Origin: an uncultured Chroococcidiopsis sp.
Lineage (GTDB): Bacteria; Cyanobacteriota; Cyanobacteriia; Cyanobacteriales; Chroococcidiopsidaceae
DNA: 64,000 nucleotides
Direction: 5' to 3'
Assembly (NCBI GenBank): GCA_964248365.1
Contig: CAXTYC010000005.1
Location: forward strand, 96,001-160,000
A program made the position numbers and the translations under genes. How positions within the stretch are numbered: the stretch's first letter is position 1; each line of letters starts with the position of its first letter. The notes below the pieces were generated by a model. The model searched no databases. It was not told where the DNA came from and saw only the letters and a list, made by a program, of their open reading frames with translations. Positions 28,460 to 38,885 of the stretch are shown here, piece after piece.

Positions 28460-28888
28460 ATGTTAGCAAATAACATGATCAACATCCTGCTTGTCGAAGA
28501 TGGCGAAGTGGATGTCATGAACGTAAAAAGAGCGTTTAAAAAAAATAACATCAATAATCCACTTTATATAGCCCCTAATGGGTTAGAAGCATTAGACATA
28601 CTACGCGGGGAGGGAAAATCATATATACCAAAAGAGCGAAGATTAATTCTACTTGATTTAAATATGCCCAAAATGAATGGAATTGAATTTTTGCGTGAAT
28701 TGCGGGCAGATCCAGAAATCAAGCATATTCCCGTAGTTGTATTAACTACATCAAATGAAGACAAAGATAAAGTCGAAGCTTACAACTTAAATGTAGCTGG
28801 GTATATTCTCAAACCAGTAACATTTTCCAACTTCATTGAAGCAATGGCAACTCTAGATAAGTATTGGACTTTAAGCGAAATGCCCTAG
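28460..28888 (+). CDS. Single-domain response regulator (Rcp1-like)
   Basis: LLVED, LLDLNMPKMNG, VLTTS and YILKP motifs. Confidence 0.93.
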   Translation: MLANNMINILLVEDGEVDVMNVKRAFKKNNINNPLYIAPNGLEALDILRGEGKSYIPKERRLILLDLNMPKMNGIEFLRELRADPEIKHIPVVVLTTSNEDKDKVEAYNLNVAGYILKPVTFSNFIEAMATLDKYWTLSEMP

Positions 28889-29042
28889 TTTAGGGGCTAG
28901 AGGCTAGAGGCTAGGGGCTAGAGAAACAATTATCAATTATCAATTGATAATTGATAATTGCTCCCCCCTCTCCCACTCTCCACCTCTTTCTCTCCTCTTT
29001 CCCTAGTCCCAAGCCGCCAGCCCCAAGCCCCTCTTTTGAGCT

Positions 29043-32000
29043 ATGGAAGAAACAGTTACGATTCTGATGATTGATGATGATGAAGTAGACCGCATGGCAG
29101 TACGGCGGGCGCTAAATGCTGCTGGCATCAAAATGAATTGGTCAGAATCCCATGACTGTGTCGGGGCGATCGCTACTTTACAGCAGCAGGAGTTTGATTG
29201 TGTCTTCCTAGATTATCGTCTGCCTGATGGCGACGGTTTGAGTTTAGTGCAGCAAATACGTGGTTTGGGAATTACTACTCCTTTGGTAGTTTTGACTGGA
29301 CAGGGAGATGAACAAATAGCTGTCCAGCTAATGAAAGCAGGGGCTTGCGACTATCTATCCAAAGACAAAATATCACCGCAGGCTCTATACCAAATCCTAC
29401 GTCAGACACTTCGCGTTCATCGGGCAGAAATGTCGGCAGCATCAGCGAATATGAAGCTCAAAGAAAGCGAAGAACGCTATCGCTTGGTACTAGAAGCGGC
29501 AAATGACGGCATTTGGGACTGGTTTTGTACTACAGACGAAGTTTACTGTAACGACCGACTGCTAGAAATTATTGGTGTATCACGCACGGCATTTAGCTTC
29601 ACTCCCGCCGCCTTTACCTCGCTGATGCACCCAGAAGATTTACCGAGAATTAAAGCAGCAATTTCTGCCCATATGACTATGGGCGAGAAATGTGAAGTAG
29701 AGTTTCGGATGCGTCATGCTTCTGGAGAATACCTTTATTGTCTTGCTAGAGGAAAAGCTCAACGCGATCGCAACGGTTGTCCTGATCGGATGTCGGGAGT
29801 ACTAAGCGATATTACCCAACGCAAGCACTCAGAGGCAGAAATTGTCAAACTAAATCGGGATTTGGAACGGCGGATAGATGAACTAGAAAAGTTGCTCGAT
29901 GTGATTCCAATTGGAATAGCGATCGCCCAAGATCCAGAATGTCGGCATATCCGAGTTAACCCAGCTTTAACCAAGCTGCTGCAACTGCCTACCAATGCTA
30001 ATGCTTCCAAAAGCGCTCCGGCATCCGAACAATTATTATATAAAGTGTATAGGGAAGGCAAAGAATTATCTGCCGCCGAGCTACCCATGCAGTATGCTGC
30101 TGCTAACGGCAAGGAAGTCTTGAATACCGAACTCGATGTAATTGTCGATCACAAACAACCAGCGGTTAAATTGCTCAGTAACGCTGTCCCATTATTTGAT
30201 GAACAAGGCGAATGTAGAGGCAGCATTGGAGCATTTTTAGATATTACCCAACGCAAGCAAATCGAAGAACAAGACCGATTCTTGGCTGAAGCTAGTGTTA
30301 TCCTAGCGGCTTCCCTAGACTACCAAACCATTCTGAAAAATCTATCTGGGCTAGTAGTCCCCCAATGGGCTGACTGGTGTAGTATTCATGTTGTCGAAGA
30401 AAACGGCTTGTTATCTCAAGTAACAGTTGCCCACCGTGATCCCTTGAAAGTACAGTGGGCAAAAGAGCTAGTGCGCCGCTATCCAGAAAATCCAAACGGT
30501 TACTTTGGCGCTCCCCAAGTGATACGCACTGGGGAATCAGCTTTATACTCAGAGGTTCCCGACTCGGTTCTAGAAAGAATCGCTCGTGATGCAATACATC
30601 TTGAGAGCTTGCGTCAAATAGGTATAAAGTCGTTAATTTGTGTACCAATGCAAGCTCGTGGGCGGATATTAGGCGCGATCAGCTTTGTATGGGCTGAGTC
30701 TGGTCGGATTTATACGACCGCCGATTTAGCCTTAGCAGAAGACTTGGGGCGGCGGACTGGTTTGGCAGTTGACAACGCTCGTCTTTACCAAGAAGCAAAT
30801 GAGATTGGCGAAAACCTGCGTCAGGCAATAATGATTCTCGGTGAACAGCAACAGCAACTGCGAGTGTTGCAGCGAATTACCAACCTCTTGAACCAGCGCC
30901 TGACGGACTTACCCAATTTACTACAAATCATTGTAGGAGCAATTTGTGATGGCATTGCCGGAGCCGATTTTGCTGTAATTGCTATCCCAAATCCCCAAAC
31001 CAACCACTTAGAATTAACAGCTACAGCAGGATTGGGCAGGGAAAGATTACTCTTAAGTGACTTATTCGATGCGGATGAAGGTTTGCTAAAGCAAGTATTT
31101 ATCACTGGGAAATCCAATTTGATTCGTCACGAAGCCCACGAGACAACCCGCCCTAGGGGATCTGGGGGAGATGAGGAAACTGGGGAAGCCCCGCGAGAGT
31201 TCTTAATCCAAAATCCAATCCCCCCAACCCCCCTTATTAAGGGGGGCGCTAAAATCCAAAATCCCCTAGCCTCTAGTCCCCAGCCCCTAGCCCCTCGATC
31301 CATCTACGCCGTTGCGATCGCCTCAGACGGGGCAAAAAGCCTGGGAGTGCTGGCGGTGGGAAATTGGCAAAATCCTGATGCTTTTGATCCCGAAGATCAG
31401 AATTTATTAGAGGCTGTAGGTGAACAAGCAGCGATCGCAATCAACAACGCCCGTCTAATCAGCACGTTGGAAGAACGGGAAGAACGCTTAGCTGCCCAAA
31501 ATCTTACCCTAGCACAACAAAACCGCGAACTAGAATTAACCAGGCAACGCATCGAACAACAGAACTTACAACTAATACAAGCGGCACAACTGAAATCTCA
31601 GTTTCTCGCCACTATGTCCCATGAATTGCGTACTCCCATGAATGCCGTTATCGGCTTTGCCCAAGTGTTATTGCGTCAACGCAAAGCCAAGCTGTCCGAT
31701 TCTCAAGCTGACATGGTAGAACGCATTCTCAATAATGGTAAAAACCTATTGGCGTTGATTAATGACATTCTGGATCTTTCCAAAATCGAAGCTGGTCACT
31801 TGGAACTGGAACTAAAAGAACTCAATCTTAGCAAGCTAATTTGGTCAACAGTTTCTGAACTCAAACCTTTAGCCGATCAAAAGCAACTGCCATTAAAGGT
31901 ATATGCCGAACTGGAAAACCCCATTATTATTAATGACAGTACCCGACTGCGCCAGGTTTTAATCAATCTGCTCTCGAATGCGATCAAGTTCACAGAAACG

Positions 32001-32276
32001 GGTAGTGTAGAAGTAAGGGTAAGCGAATCACCCACACAATTGTTTTTCAGTATCAAAGATACTGGTATTGGCATTGCCGAATCTGAACTTGAGCATATTT
32101 TTGAAGAATTCCGGCAAGTCGATCAAACTACCACCCGCAGGCATGGCGGTACAGGTTTAGGATTAGCGATTACCAAGTCGCTGGTTAATATGATGCAAGG
32201 TAAAATTACAGTAGAAAGCAAGCTCGGTGAAGGTTCAACATTTTGCGTCGAGTTACCACGCCATGTGAGGGAATAG
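29043..32276 (+). CDS. Hybrid histidine kinase REC-PAS-PAS-GAF-GAF-HisKA-HATPase
   Basis: N-terminal REC (IDDD, LDYRLPD); SHELRTPMN, NLLSNAIKFT and GGTGLGL; in-frame repeat insert about 31141-31296. Confidence 0.92.
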   Translation: MEETVTILMIDDDEVDRMAVRRALNAAGIKMNWSESHDCVGAIATLQQQEFDCVFLDYRLPDGDGLSLVQQIRGLGITTPLVVLTGQGDEQIAVQLMKAGACDYLSKDKISPQALYQILRQTLRVHRAEMSAASANMKLKESEERYRLVLEAANDGIWDWFCTTDEVYCNDRLLEIIGVSRTAFSFTPAAFTSLMHPEDLPRIKAAISAHMTMGEKCEVEFRMRHASGEYLYCLARGKAQRDRNGCPDRMSGVLSDITQRKHSEAEIVKLNRDLERRIDELEKLLDVIPIGIAIAQDPECRHIRVNPALTKLLQLPTNANASKSAPASEQLLYKVYREGKELSAAELPMQYAAANGKEVLNTELDVIVDHKQPAVKLLSNAVPLFDEQGECRGSIGAFLDITQRKQIEEQDRFLAEASVILAASLDYQTILKNLSGLVVPQWADWCSIHVVEENGLLSQVTVAHRDPLKVQWAKELVRRYPENPNGYFGAPQVIRTGESALYSEVPDSVLERIARDAIHLESLRQIGIKSLICVPMQARGRILGAISFVWAESGRIYTTADLALAEDLGRRTGLAVDNARLYQEANEIGENLRQAIMILGEQQQQLRVLQRITNLLNQRLTDLPNLLQIIVGAICDGIAGADFAVIAIPNPQTNHLELTATAGLGRERLLLSDLFDADEGLLKQVFITGKSNLIRHEAHETTRPRGSGGDEETGEAPREFLIQNPIPPTPLIKGGAKIQNPLASSPQPLAPRSIYAVAIASDGAKSLGVLAVGNWQNPDAFDPEDQNLLEAVGEQAAIAINNARLISTLEEREERLAAQNLTLAQQNRELELTRQRIEQQNLQLIQAAQLKSQFLATMSHELRTPMNAVIGFAQVLLRQRKAKLSDSQADMVERILNNGKNLLALINDILDLSKIEAGHLELELKELNLSKLIWSTVSELKPLADQKQLPLKVYAELENPIIINDSTRLRQVLINLLSNAIKFTETGSVEVRVSESPTQLFFSIKDTGIGIAESELEHIFEEFRQVDQTTTRRHGGTGLGLAITKSLVNMMQGKITVESKLGEGSTFCVELPRHVRE

Positions 32277-32456
32277 GGAGAGGGGAAACTCGATCTTCCC
32301 CTCTGGGGATAGGGGGCAAGGGGGAGAGGGGGAAATGGGGAGATGAAGAATTAAATATTCACAACTCCTCACCTCCTCACCTCCTGTCTTCTATTTAAAA
32401 AGCACTTTTTTTAAAATTTGACAACAATTCATTAATATGCTAATAGGAAAATATTA

Positions 32457-34208
32457 ATGCTCGGACACCAGATTATTGTGGTTGGAGCTTCCGCAGGTGG
32501 AGTGGAAGCATTGACGAATTTGGTACGTGATATACCGCCAGAACTACCAGCAGCAATCTTTGTTGTTCTTCACATTCCATCTCAAGGTTCTAGTCTTCTG
32601 CCCAAAATTATTAATCGCGTTATCAAAAAACAGCATAAAGGGGCATCTTCTCTGAGAGCAATCCACCCGCAAGATGGCGAAGCAATTCAAAACGGGGTGA
32701 TTTATGTAGCACCACCTGATCGCCATTTACTGATTAAGGACGGATACATTCATCTAGCTCGTGGTCCTAAAGAGAATGGTCATCGACCCGCGATCGATCC
32801 TTTGTTTCGCACAGCAGCAAGAACTTACGGACGGCACGTTGTTGGCATCGTGCTATCGGGAACTCTTGACGATGGTACGGCGGGTCTGGCGGCTGTAAAA
32901 CAACGCGGCGGCATAGCGATTGTTCAAGACCCAGAGGAGGCTCTCTATGCGGGAATGCCGCGCAGCGCGATTGAGAATGTCGAAGTTGATTATATCTTAG
33001 GTGTGTCTAAAATTACACAGTTGTTGGTCGAGTTAGCCGATCAGCCTGTAGAAGAAGGAGTAGATGCCGTGCCTGATGATATGGATATGGAAGCTGACAT
33101 GGCAGAACTAGAAGTGGGGGCAATGAACAATCCTGAGCGCCCTGGAACCCCTTCGCCGTTCGCCTGTCCAGACTGTGGAGGAGTTTTGTGGGAACTGGAT
33201 GAAGGAAAGCTAATCCGCTTTCGTTGTCGCACTGGTCACGCTTACTCGACGGGTAGCTTGATGGCTTCACAGTCTCACGCACTCGAAGAAGCGCTGTGGA
33301 ACGCGCTTAGAGCATTGGAGGAAAAAGCCGCCCTGGCGCAGCGGATGGAAGTCAGAGCGCGCGATCACAATCATATTATTTCAGCTAAACGCTTTGGGCA
33401 GCAGGCAGAGGATGCCCAGCAGCAGGCAATCCTTGTCCGAGAAATGTTGTTGCAAGGCGACGGCAATGGTAAATTGTTACAGCCCAGTCAACTGGTAGAT
33501 GCAAAAGGCCTTCTACCAGAGGAAAAGACAAGAGGACTTGGGGACAACGGCGACTTGGAGAAAATAGCTCCCCCAGCTCCACGCCAGTTTGCTCAAGTCG
33601 GGGAACCCGCCCACCTTGCTGGCTCCCCACCTCCCCCTATCCCTGTAGTAGCAATCTGTGCCTCGAAGGGGGGACTGAATGCTTTAAGCTTGGTGCTGTC
33701 AGCATTACCCGCGAATTTTCCAGGGGCAATTATTGTATTACAGCACTCGTCGGGCGATTCGAGTATGCTGCTAGACACATCCCGCCGCCGCATAGCCTTG
33801 CCAGTCAAGCAGGCTGAGGCGGGAGATTTGTTAAGTTTGGGGAGGATATACATTACCCCAAACGATCAGCACTTACTGGTTAACTCAGATGGTACTGTGT
33901 GCCTGTCCCGTTCAGAATTAGTTCACTTTGCCCGTCCGTCGGCTGATTTGCTATTTGAGTCGGTGGCAGCTTGTTTTAAACAGCAGGCGATCGCTGTTGT
34001 TCTTACTGGTACAGGCTCTGACGGTGCTATAGGAGTACAGGCGATTAAACAGATGGGTGGGATTGCGATCGCTCAAGATCGAGCTACTTCTGAATTTTTT
34101 GCCATGCCTGAAGCTGCAATTAACACTGGGGCTGTAGATTGGGTTGTGCCACTTAATGAAATCGCTGATACTCTAGTGAGACTGGTAACAGTTAAAGATC
34201 AAGTATAA
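32457..34208 (+). CDS. cheB: Tandem CheB methylesterase: CheB, Zn-ribbon-like domain, linker, CheB
   Basis: Domain 1 GASAGG/LHI/DDG; CPDCGG...CRTGH; domain 2 CASKGG/QHS/GSDG; no REC domain. Confidence 0.9.
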   Translation: MLGHQIIVVGASAGGVEALTNLVRDIPPELPAAIFVVLHIPSQGSSLLPKIINRVIKKQHKGASSLRAIHPQDGEAIQNGVIYVAPPDRHLLIKDGYIHLARGPKENGHRPAIDPLFRTAARTYGRHVVGIVLSGTLDDGTAGLAAVKQRGGIAIVQDPEEALYAGMPRSAIENVEVDYILGVSKITQLLVELADQPVEEGVDAVPDDMDMEADMAELEVGAMNNPERPGTPSPFACPDCGGVLWELDEGKLIRFRCRTGHAYSTGSLMASQSHALEEALWNALRALEEKAALAQRMEVRARDHNHIISAKRFGQQAEDAQQQAILVREMLLQGDGNGKLLQPSQLVDAKGLLPEEKTRGLGDNGDLEKIAPPAPRQFAQVGEPAHLAGSPPPPIPVVAICASKGGLNALSLVLSALPANFPGAIIVLQHSSGDSSMLLDTSRRRIALPVKQAEAGDLLSLGRIYITPNDQHLLVNSDGTVCLSRSELVHFARPSADLLFESVAACFKQQAIAVVLTGTGSDGAIGVQAIKQMGGIAIAQDRATSEFFAMPEAAINTGAVDWVVPLNEIADTLVRLVTVKDQV

Positions 34209-34766
34209 AGGTTCAACACTAAGTTTTAAAACAAGTTTTAAATTTTTTATTTTTACCTTTTGACACAAATTGCCAGATTAGGTATGAGTTGATTTTGCTT
34301 ATTTCAAAAAACTCTTTAGCGAGTGCGATCGCAATATCTGATTTAACCAACAATCTGTATCAGTAAATTTTTTCTCCAACTGCTAAATCTCGACTTTTTG
34401 CAAGTGTGGTTTACTATACAACTTATATTACTACTAATTTCCATTACAATAAAACATTGTAACCAGACATACAAAAATATACAAATACTTCTATTGTCTC
34501 ATGTTGTGGGGACAGCAACATTTGGGGGTTAAGATTACAGTTTTTGGTGTTGAAATACTAAGAAGATGTTTGAAAAATATTGTTTTGAACTTGTAGACTC
34601 TCTAGATCCCCCTTTATCCCCCAATTCATCGAGGAACTTTAACGCCCCTTGGCAAGGAGGGAGAGGGGGATCTATCAGGACTTAATGTATTACGCGAGAT
34701 CCAAACATCCTCTAAAAATTTAGGCAAAGCAAAAAGTCTGAGTGTGCGTAATGGCAAAAGGTTTAA

Positions 34767-36626
34767 ATGAATACTAGCGAACAGAATCCCGAATTTGAAT
34801 TGCTCGTTAACTACCTCAAACGCAATCGAGGATTTGATTTTACAGGTTACAAGCGCCCTAGCTTGATCCGCCGAGTACGCAAACGGATGCACGATATTAA
34901 TGTTGAGAGCTTTAGTGAATATATAGACCACTTAGAGGTAGATCCACAAGAATATGTTTATTTATTTAACACAATCTTAATTAATGTCACCTCCTTCTTC
35001 CGCGACGAGTCAGCCTGGGAGTACATTGGAAGTGAAATTATTCCCCAGATTGCCGCCAGAAGAAAACCTACAGAACCAATTCGTGTCTGGAGTCCTGGAT
35101 GTGCTACAGGACAAGAAGCTTACACCTTGGCGATAGTCATGGCTGAAGCTTTGGGGATAGAACAATTCAAATCACGGGTGAAAATTTATGCTACTGATAT
35201 AGACGATGAAGCTCTCAGCCAAGCCCGCTACGGAACTTACAGCGCCAAAGAGGTGTCTTCAGTTCCCCCAGAACTGTTGGAGCGGTACTTTGATCGCACT
35301 GATAGCCACTACACTTTTCGCAAAGATCTGCGGCGAGCGGTAATCTTTGGTCGCCATGATTTAATTCAAGATGCGCCAATTTCCCGCATTGACTTGCTCA
35401 GTTGTCGCAACTGCTTGATGTATTTCAATGCGGAAGCCCAAGCCAGAATTATTGCTCGCTTTCACTTCGCCCTGAATGAAGGTGGCTTTCTGTTTTTAGG
35501 CAAGGCAGAAATGTTGCTTTCTCACAGCAACAGCTTTACACCTATAGATTTGAAGCGGCGTATCTTCACAAAAGTATCAAAAGGAAATTTACGCGATCGC
35601 TCGCTACTTATCGGTAAAAATAGCAATGAAGACGACTTTAGCTATTTAACTAACCATGTAAGAATTCGGGATGCTGCTTTTGACGCTAATCCAGTAGCGC
35701 AGTTAGTCATCGATCTCAACGGCTTGATTGCTTTAGCTAATGAACGAATCAGGCAGCTTTTTGGTCTTACCCCTAAAGATTTGGGTCGCCCACTACAAGA
35801 TTCAGAAATTTCCTACCGACCAATCGAATTGCGCTCCTGCATCGAGCAAGTTCACGCCAATCTTCGCACAATTACCCATGAGGAAGTTGAATGGACAACT
35901 AATTCTGGCGATATTGTATATTTTGATGTCCTGGTTGCACCACTGTTAGACCATAACAGTAGGCTGCTGGCCACAAGCATTACTTTCAAGGATGTCACCC
36001 AGTTTAAACAGTTGCAAGGTGAACTCGAACACTCCAACCAAGAGTTGGAAATGGCGTATGAGGAATTGCAATCTACCAATGAAGAGCTAGAGACAACCAA
36101 CGAAGAACTGCAATCCTCCAACGAGGAATTGGAGACAACTAACGAAGAACTACAGTCAACCAACGAAGAACTGGAAACCATGAACGAAGAACTGCAATCC
36201 TCAAATGAAGAATTGCAGGCGATGAACGAAGAACTTCGCCTGCGTAGCGAAGAACTTAACTCGGTCAATGCCTTTTTAGAGTCGATTTTGATCAGTTTGC
36301 GTGGCGGTGTTGTAGTGTTGAACCGCGAAATGCAAGTCCAAGTTTGGAACCATAGGGCAGAAAATCTTTGGGGATTACGGGCAGAGGAAGTTCAGGGACA
36401 ACACTTTTTGAACTTGGATATTGGTCTGCCAGTAGATCAGCTAAAACAGTCAATCCGCAACTGCTTAACGGGTGAACCTAGCTACTTGGAAATAATGCTG
36501 AAGGCAACTAATCGCCGAGGTAAATTAATCCAATGTAAAGTTACCTGTACCTCACTGGTTGGTCTAGCTAATGAAATTCGCGGCGTGATTATCGTGATGG
36601 AGAGCTTGGAGGATAATGGGTCGTAG
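34767..36626 (+). CDS. cheR: CheR methyltransferase + PAS + heptad coiled coil + PAS
   Basis: INVTSFFRD, WSPGCATGQEAY, YATDID and CRNCLMYF motifs; (EELQS(T/S)N/EELETTN)n. Confidence 0.92.
   Translation: MNTSEQNPEFELLVNYLKRNRGFDFTGYKRPSLIRRVRKRMHDINVESFSEYIDHLEVDPQEYVYLFNTILINVTSFFRDESAWEYIGSEIIPQIAARRKPTEPIRVWSPGCATGQEAYTLAIVMAEALGIEQFKSRVKIYATDIDDEALSQARYGTYSAKEVSSVPPELLERYFDRTDSHYTFRKDLRRAVIFGRHDLIQDAPISRIDLLSCRNCLMYFNAEAQARIIARFHFALNEGGFLFLGKAEMLLSHSNSFTPIDLKRRIFTKVSKGNLRDRSLLIGKNSNEDDFSYLTNHVRIRDAAFDANPVAQLVIDLNGLIALANERIRQLFGLTPKDLGRPLQDSEISYRPIELRSCIEQVHANLRTITHEEVEWTTNSGDIVYFDVLVAPLLDHNSRLLATSITFKDVTQFKQLQGELEHSNQELEMAYEELQSTNEELETTNEELQSSNEELETTNEELQSTNEELETMNEELQSSNEELQAMNEELRLRSEELNSVNAFLESILISLRGGVVVLNREMQVQVWNHRAENLWGLRAEEVQGQHFLNLDIGLPVDQLKQSIRNCLTGEPSYLEIMLKATNRRGKLIQCKVTCTSLVGLANEIRGVIIVMESLEDNGS
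36059..36238 (+). repeat. 21-nt coding tandem repeat (EELQSTN/EELETTN heptads)
   Basis: About eight heptads in the translation. Confidence 0.85.
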
Positions 36627-36974
36627 GGAGTAGGTAGGGGCGCTCTTTAAACGAGTTATCTGGAGGTTTACAAGTATATCTAATACACCCTTAGTACGGG
36701 AGTGGGGGGCAGGGGTGAAAAGAAAAATTACGAATTACGAATTACGAATTACGAATTACCCTGTTGCTTTCAGCCTTAGAGGGGATATAAAAATACAAAT
36801 AAACTGCCATCTTAGTAGTTAAAGACGGCTTACAATCTTATATAAACACTCACGGCTACAAATTCTACAAATTAAAAATATTTATTAGATCCAGTGTGTT
36901 TATTTTAACATAGGTTTTTGGTTAATGTTTGAATTTTGCAATTAGAGCATTTGACAAAAGGATTGTTAAGTTAG

Positions 36975-38360
36975 ATGAAACCCTTATTAAATACTAATTT
37001 TAGCAAAGATATGGATGAGTTTGTCCAGAAGGTGGAGAGTGTACAGCAACACGCAGAAATTTTACAACGCCGTGTGAACCTATCAAATTCACACGAATCA
37101 GAAGAAATCATGTTGTCAGCCTTGGAGGAACTTCAAACTTCCTTGGAAGAACTGGGTGTGGCAGAAGAGGAGCTAAAACAGCAACATGAAGAACTGGCGA
37201 TCGCTCGTGCTACTGTCGAAGCAGAACGTCAGCGATATCATGACTTATTTGAATTTGCCCCCGATGGCTACATAGTAACCGATGATGTTGGCATCATCAG
37301 GGAAGCCAACCGCGCCGCTATTAATCTGCTCAACGTCTCCCACGAGTATTTAATTCGCAAACCGCTGATTAACTTTATTCCTTATGAGGAACGGCGAAAT
37401 TTTCGCGCCAAACTGAGCCAACTACTTCAAACTGAGCGGATGGAGGAGTGGGAACTACGCATTAAACCAAAAGTAAGTGAAACCTTTGACGCTGCGGTAA
37501 CAGTATCTACAGTCCGAGATTGGCAAGGTAAGTCTTCTGGCTGGCGTTGGCTGATACGCGATATCACCGCCCGTAAGCAAACCGAGGAAAAAATTCGCTC
37601 GATTCAATTACAAAACCTACAACTTCAAGAAGCGTCAAGGCTGAAATCTCATTTTTTGGCAATCATGTCTCATGAATTGCGTAGCCCCATGAACGCGATT
37701 ATCGGGTTTTCCCAAGTGCTACTGCGTCAGAAGATTAACCAGGGGTTGTCTAATAATCAACAAAACATGGTTGAGCGCATTTTCAACAGTGGCAAACACT
37801 TACTAACATTAATAGATGACATCCTTGATTTCTCAAAGCTAGAGGTTGGTTGCCTGAAACTTCAACCACAAGAATTAAACTTAGCCCAATTAGTAACAGC
37901 AACGGTTGAAGAAATGCGATCCTTGGCTGACCAGAAGAACTTGGATTTGCAGGCTAATATAAATTTGCAAAATACCAATATTGTTAATGATAGCACCCGC
38001 TTGCGACAGATATTAGTCAATTTACTATCTAATGCAATCAAATTCACTGATGCTGGTAATATACAAGTAGATGTATGGGAATTGCCTTCAAATAAAATAG
38101 CGCTCCAAGTTAAAGATACCGGAATTGGTATTGCCTCTTCTGATATTGAGCATATTTTTCAAGAATTCCGTCAGTTAAATCAAACCCTAACTCGTGAACA
38201 TGGCGGTACAGGTTTAGGATTGGCAATTACAGACCGATTAGTACGTATGATGCAAGGAAAGATTGCAGTTGACAGCGAGTTGGGTCTCGGTTCAAGTTTT
38301 TGTGTTGAATTACCAAGGCAAATCCAAATCAATGATCAATTATCAATTATCAATGATTAA
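36975..38360 (+). CDS. PAS histidine kinase with an N-terminal EEL-rich coiled coil
   Basis: ALEELQTSLEELGVAEEEL, PAS (FEFAPDGY), SHELRSPMN and GGTGLGL motifs. Confidence 0.92.
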   Translation: MKPLLNTNFSKDMDEFVQKVESVQQHAEILQRRVNLSNSHESEEIMLSALEELQTSLEELGVAEEELKQQHEELAIARATVEAERQRYHDLFEFAPDGYIVTDDVGIIREANRAAINLLNVSHEYLIRKPLINFIPYEERRNFRAKLSQLLQTERMEEWELRIKPKVSETFDAAVTVSTVRDWQGKSSGWRWLIRDITARKQTEEKIRSIQLQNLQLQEASRLKSHFLAIMSHELRSPMNAIIGFSQVLLRQKINQGLSNNQQNMVERIFNSGKHLLTLIDDILDFSKLEVGCLKLQPQELNLAQLVTATVEEMRSLADQKNLDLQANINLQNTNIVNDSTRLRQILVNLLSNAIKFTDAGNIQVDVWELPSNKIALQVKDTGIGIASSDIEHIFQEFRQLNQTLTREHGGTGLGLAITDRLVRMMQGKIAVDSELGLGSSFCVELPRQIQINDQLSIIND

Positions 38361-38398
38361 TTACCAGGAAAGATGTAGCACTGCTACGTCTCTACCAA

Positions 38399-38767
38399 CT
38401 ACCAATTAAGTTGATCTTGCAATTGTTTTTGTAGCGTTTTCACTTGCTCCTGTGAGATCTCCAACTGCTCTGTTAATTTATACTTTTCATCTTGCAACTG
38501 TTGATATAATTTCTCTGAGTTATCTGTTTCATTTTGTAACTGATTTTGTAGATTATTGAATTTTTCTTGTAAATTATACAATTGTTCTTGATCTGACAAA
38601 GTTTTTGTCCTAATGTGTTGCTTCATGTACTCTTCACGCTTGCGAGTATTGGCAACTAGTTCATTAATTGTTTTACCTATATCAGATTGCTGTTTTAGCC
38701 ATGCCACAGTTTCTGGCAACAACCTTAGATACTTATTGTAAATAATAGAATCAGAGACAATAGACAT
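38399..38767 (-). CDS. Hypothetical coiled-coil protein
   Basis: 122-aa AT-rich ORF with Q/E/L heptads. Confidence 0.6.
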   Translation of the reverse strand: MSIVSDSIIYNKYLRLLPETVAWLKQQSDIGKTINELVANTRKREEYMKQHIRTKTLSDQEQLYNLQEKFNNLQNQLQNETDNSEKLYQQLQDEKYKLTEQLEISQEQVKTLQKQLQDQLNW

Positions 38768-38885
38768 ATTTCAAGCCTCGTGCGTAATAGAGGCACAAAT
38801 AACCTGTTAAGAAGATAATCTTCGTCTCTATTTTATCTAACTCTAGTGCCTAAACAAATAAAATAATTATGCATATAGATATAGA

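Noticed and set aside
28495..28512. EDGEVD instead of the usual EDDEVD in the receiver domain
   Set aside because: The acidic pair (ED), phospho-Asp, Thr and Lys are all retained, so there is no evidence of a pseudo-receiver
36059..36238. 21-nt periodic repeat as an array, and the antisense ORF 35852-36268
   Set aside because: Explained by the CheR coiled-coil heptads; the antisense ORF is their shadow
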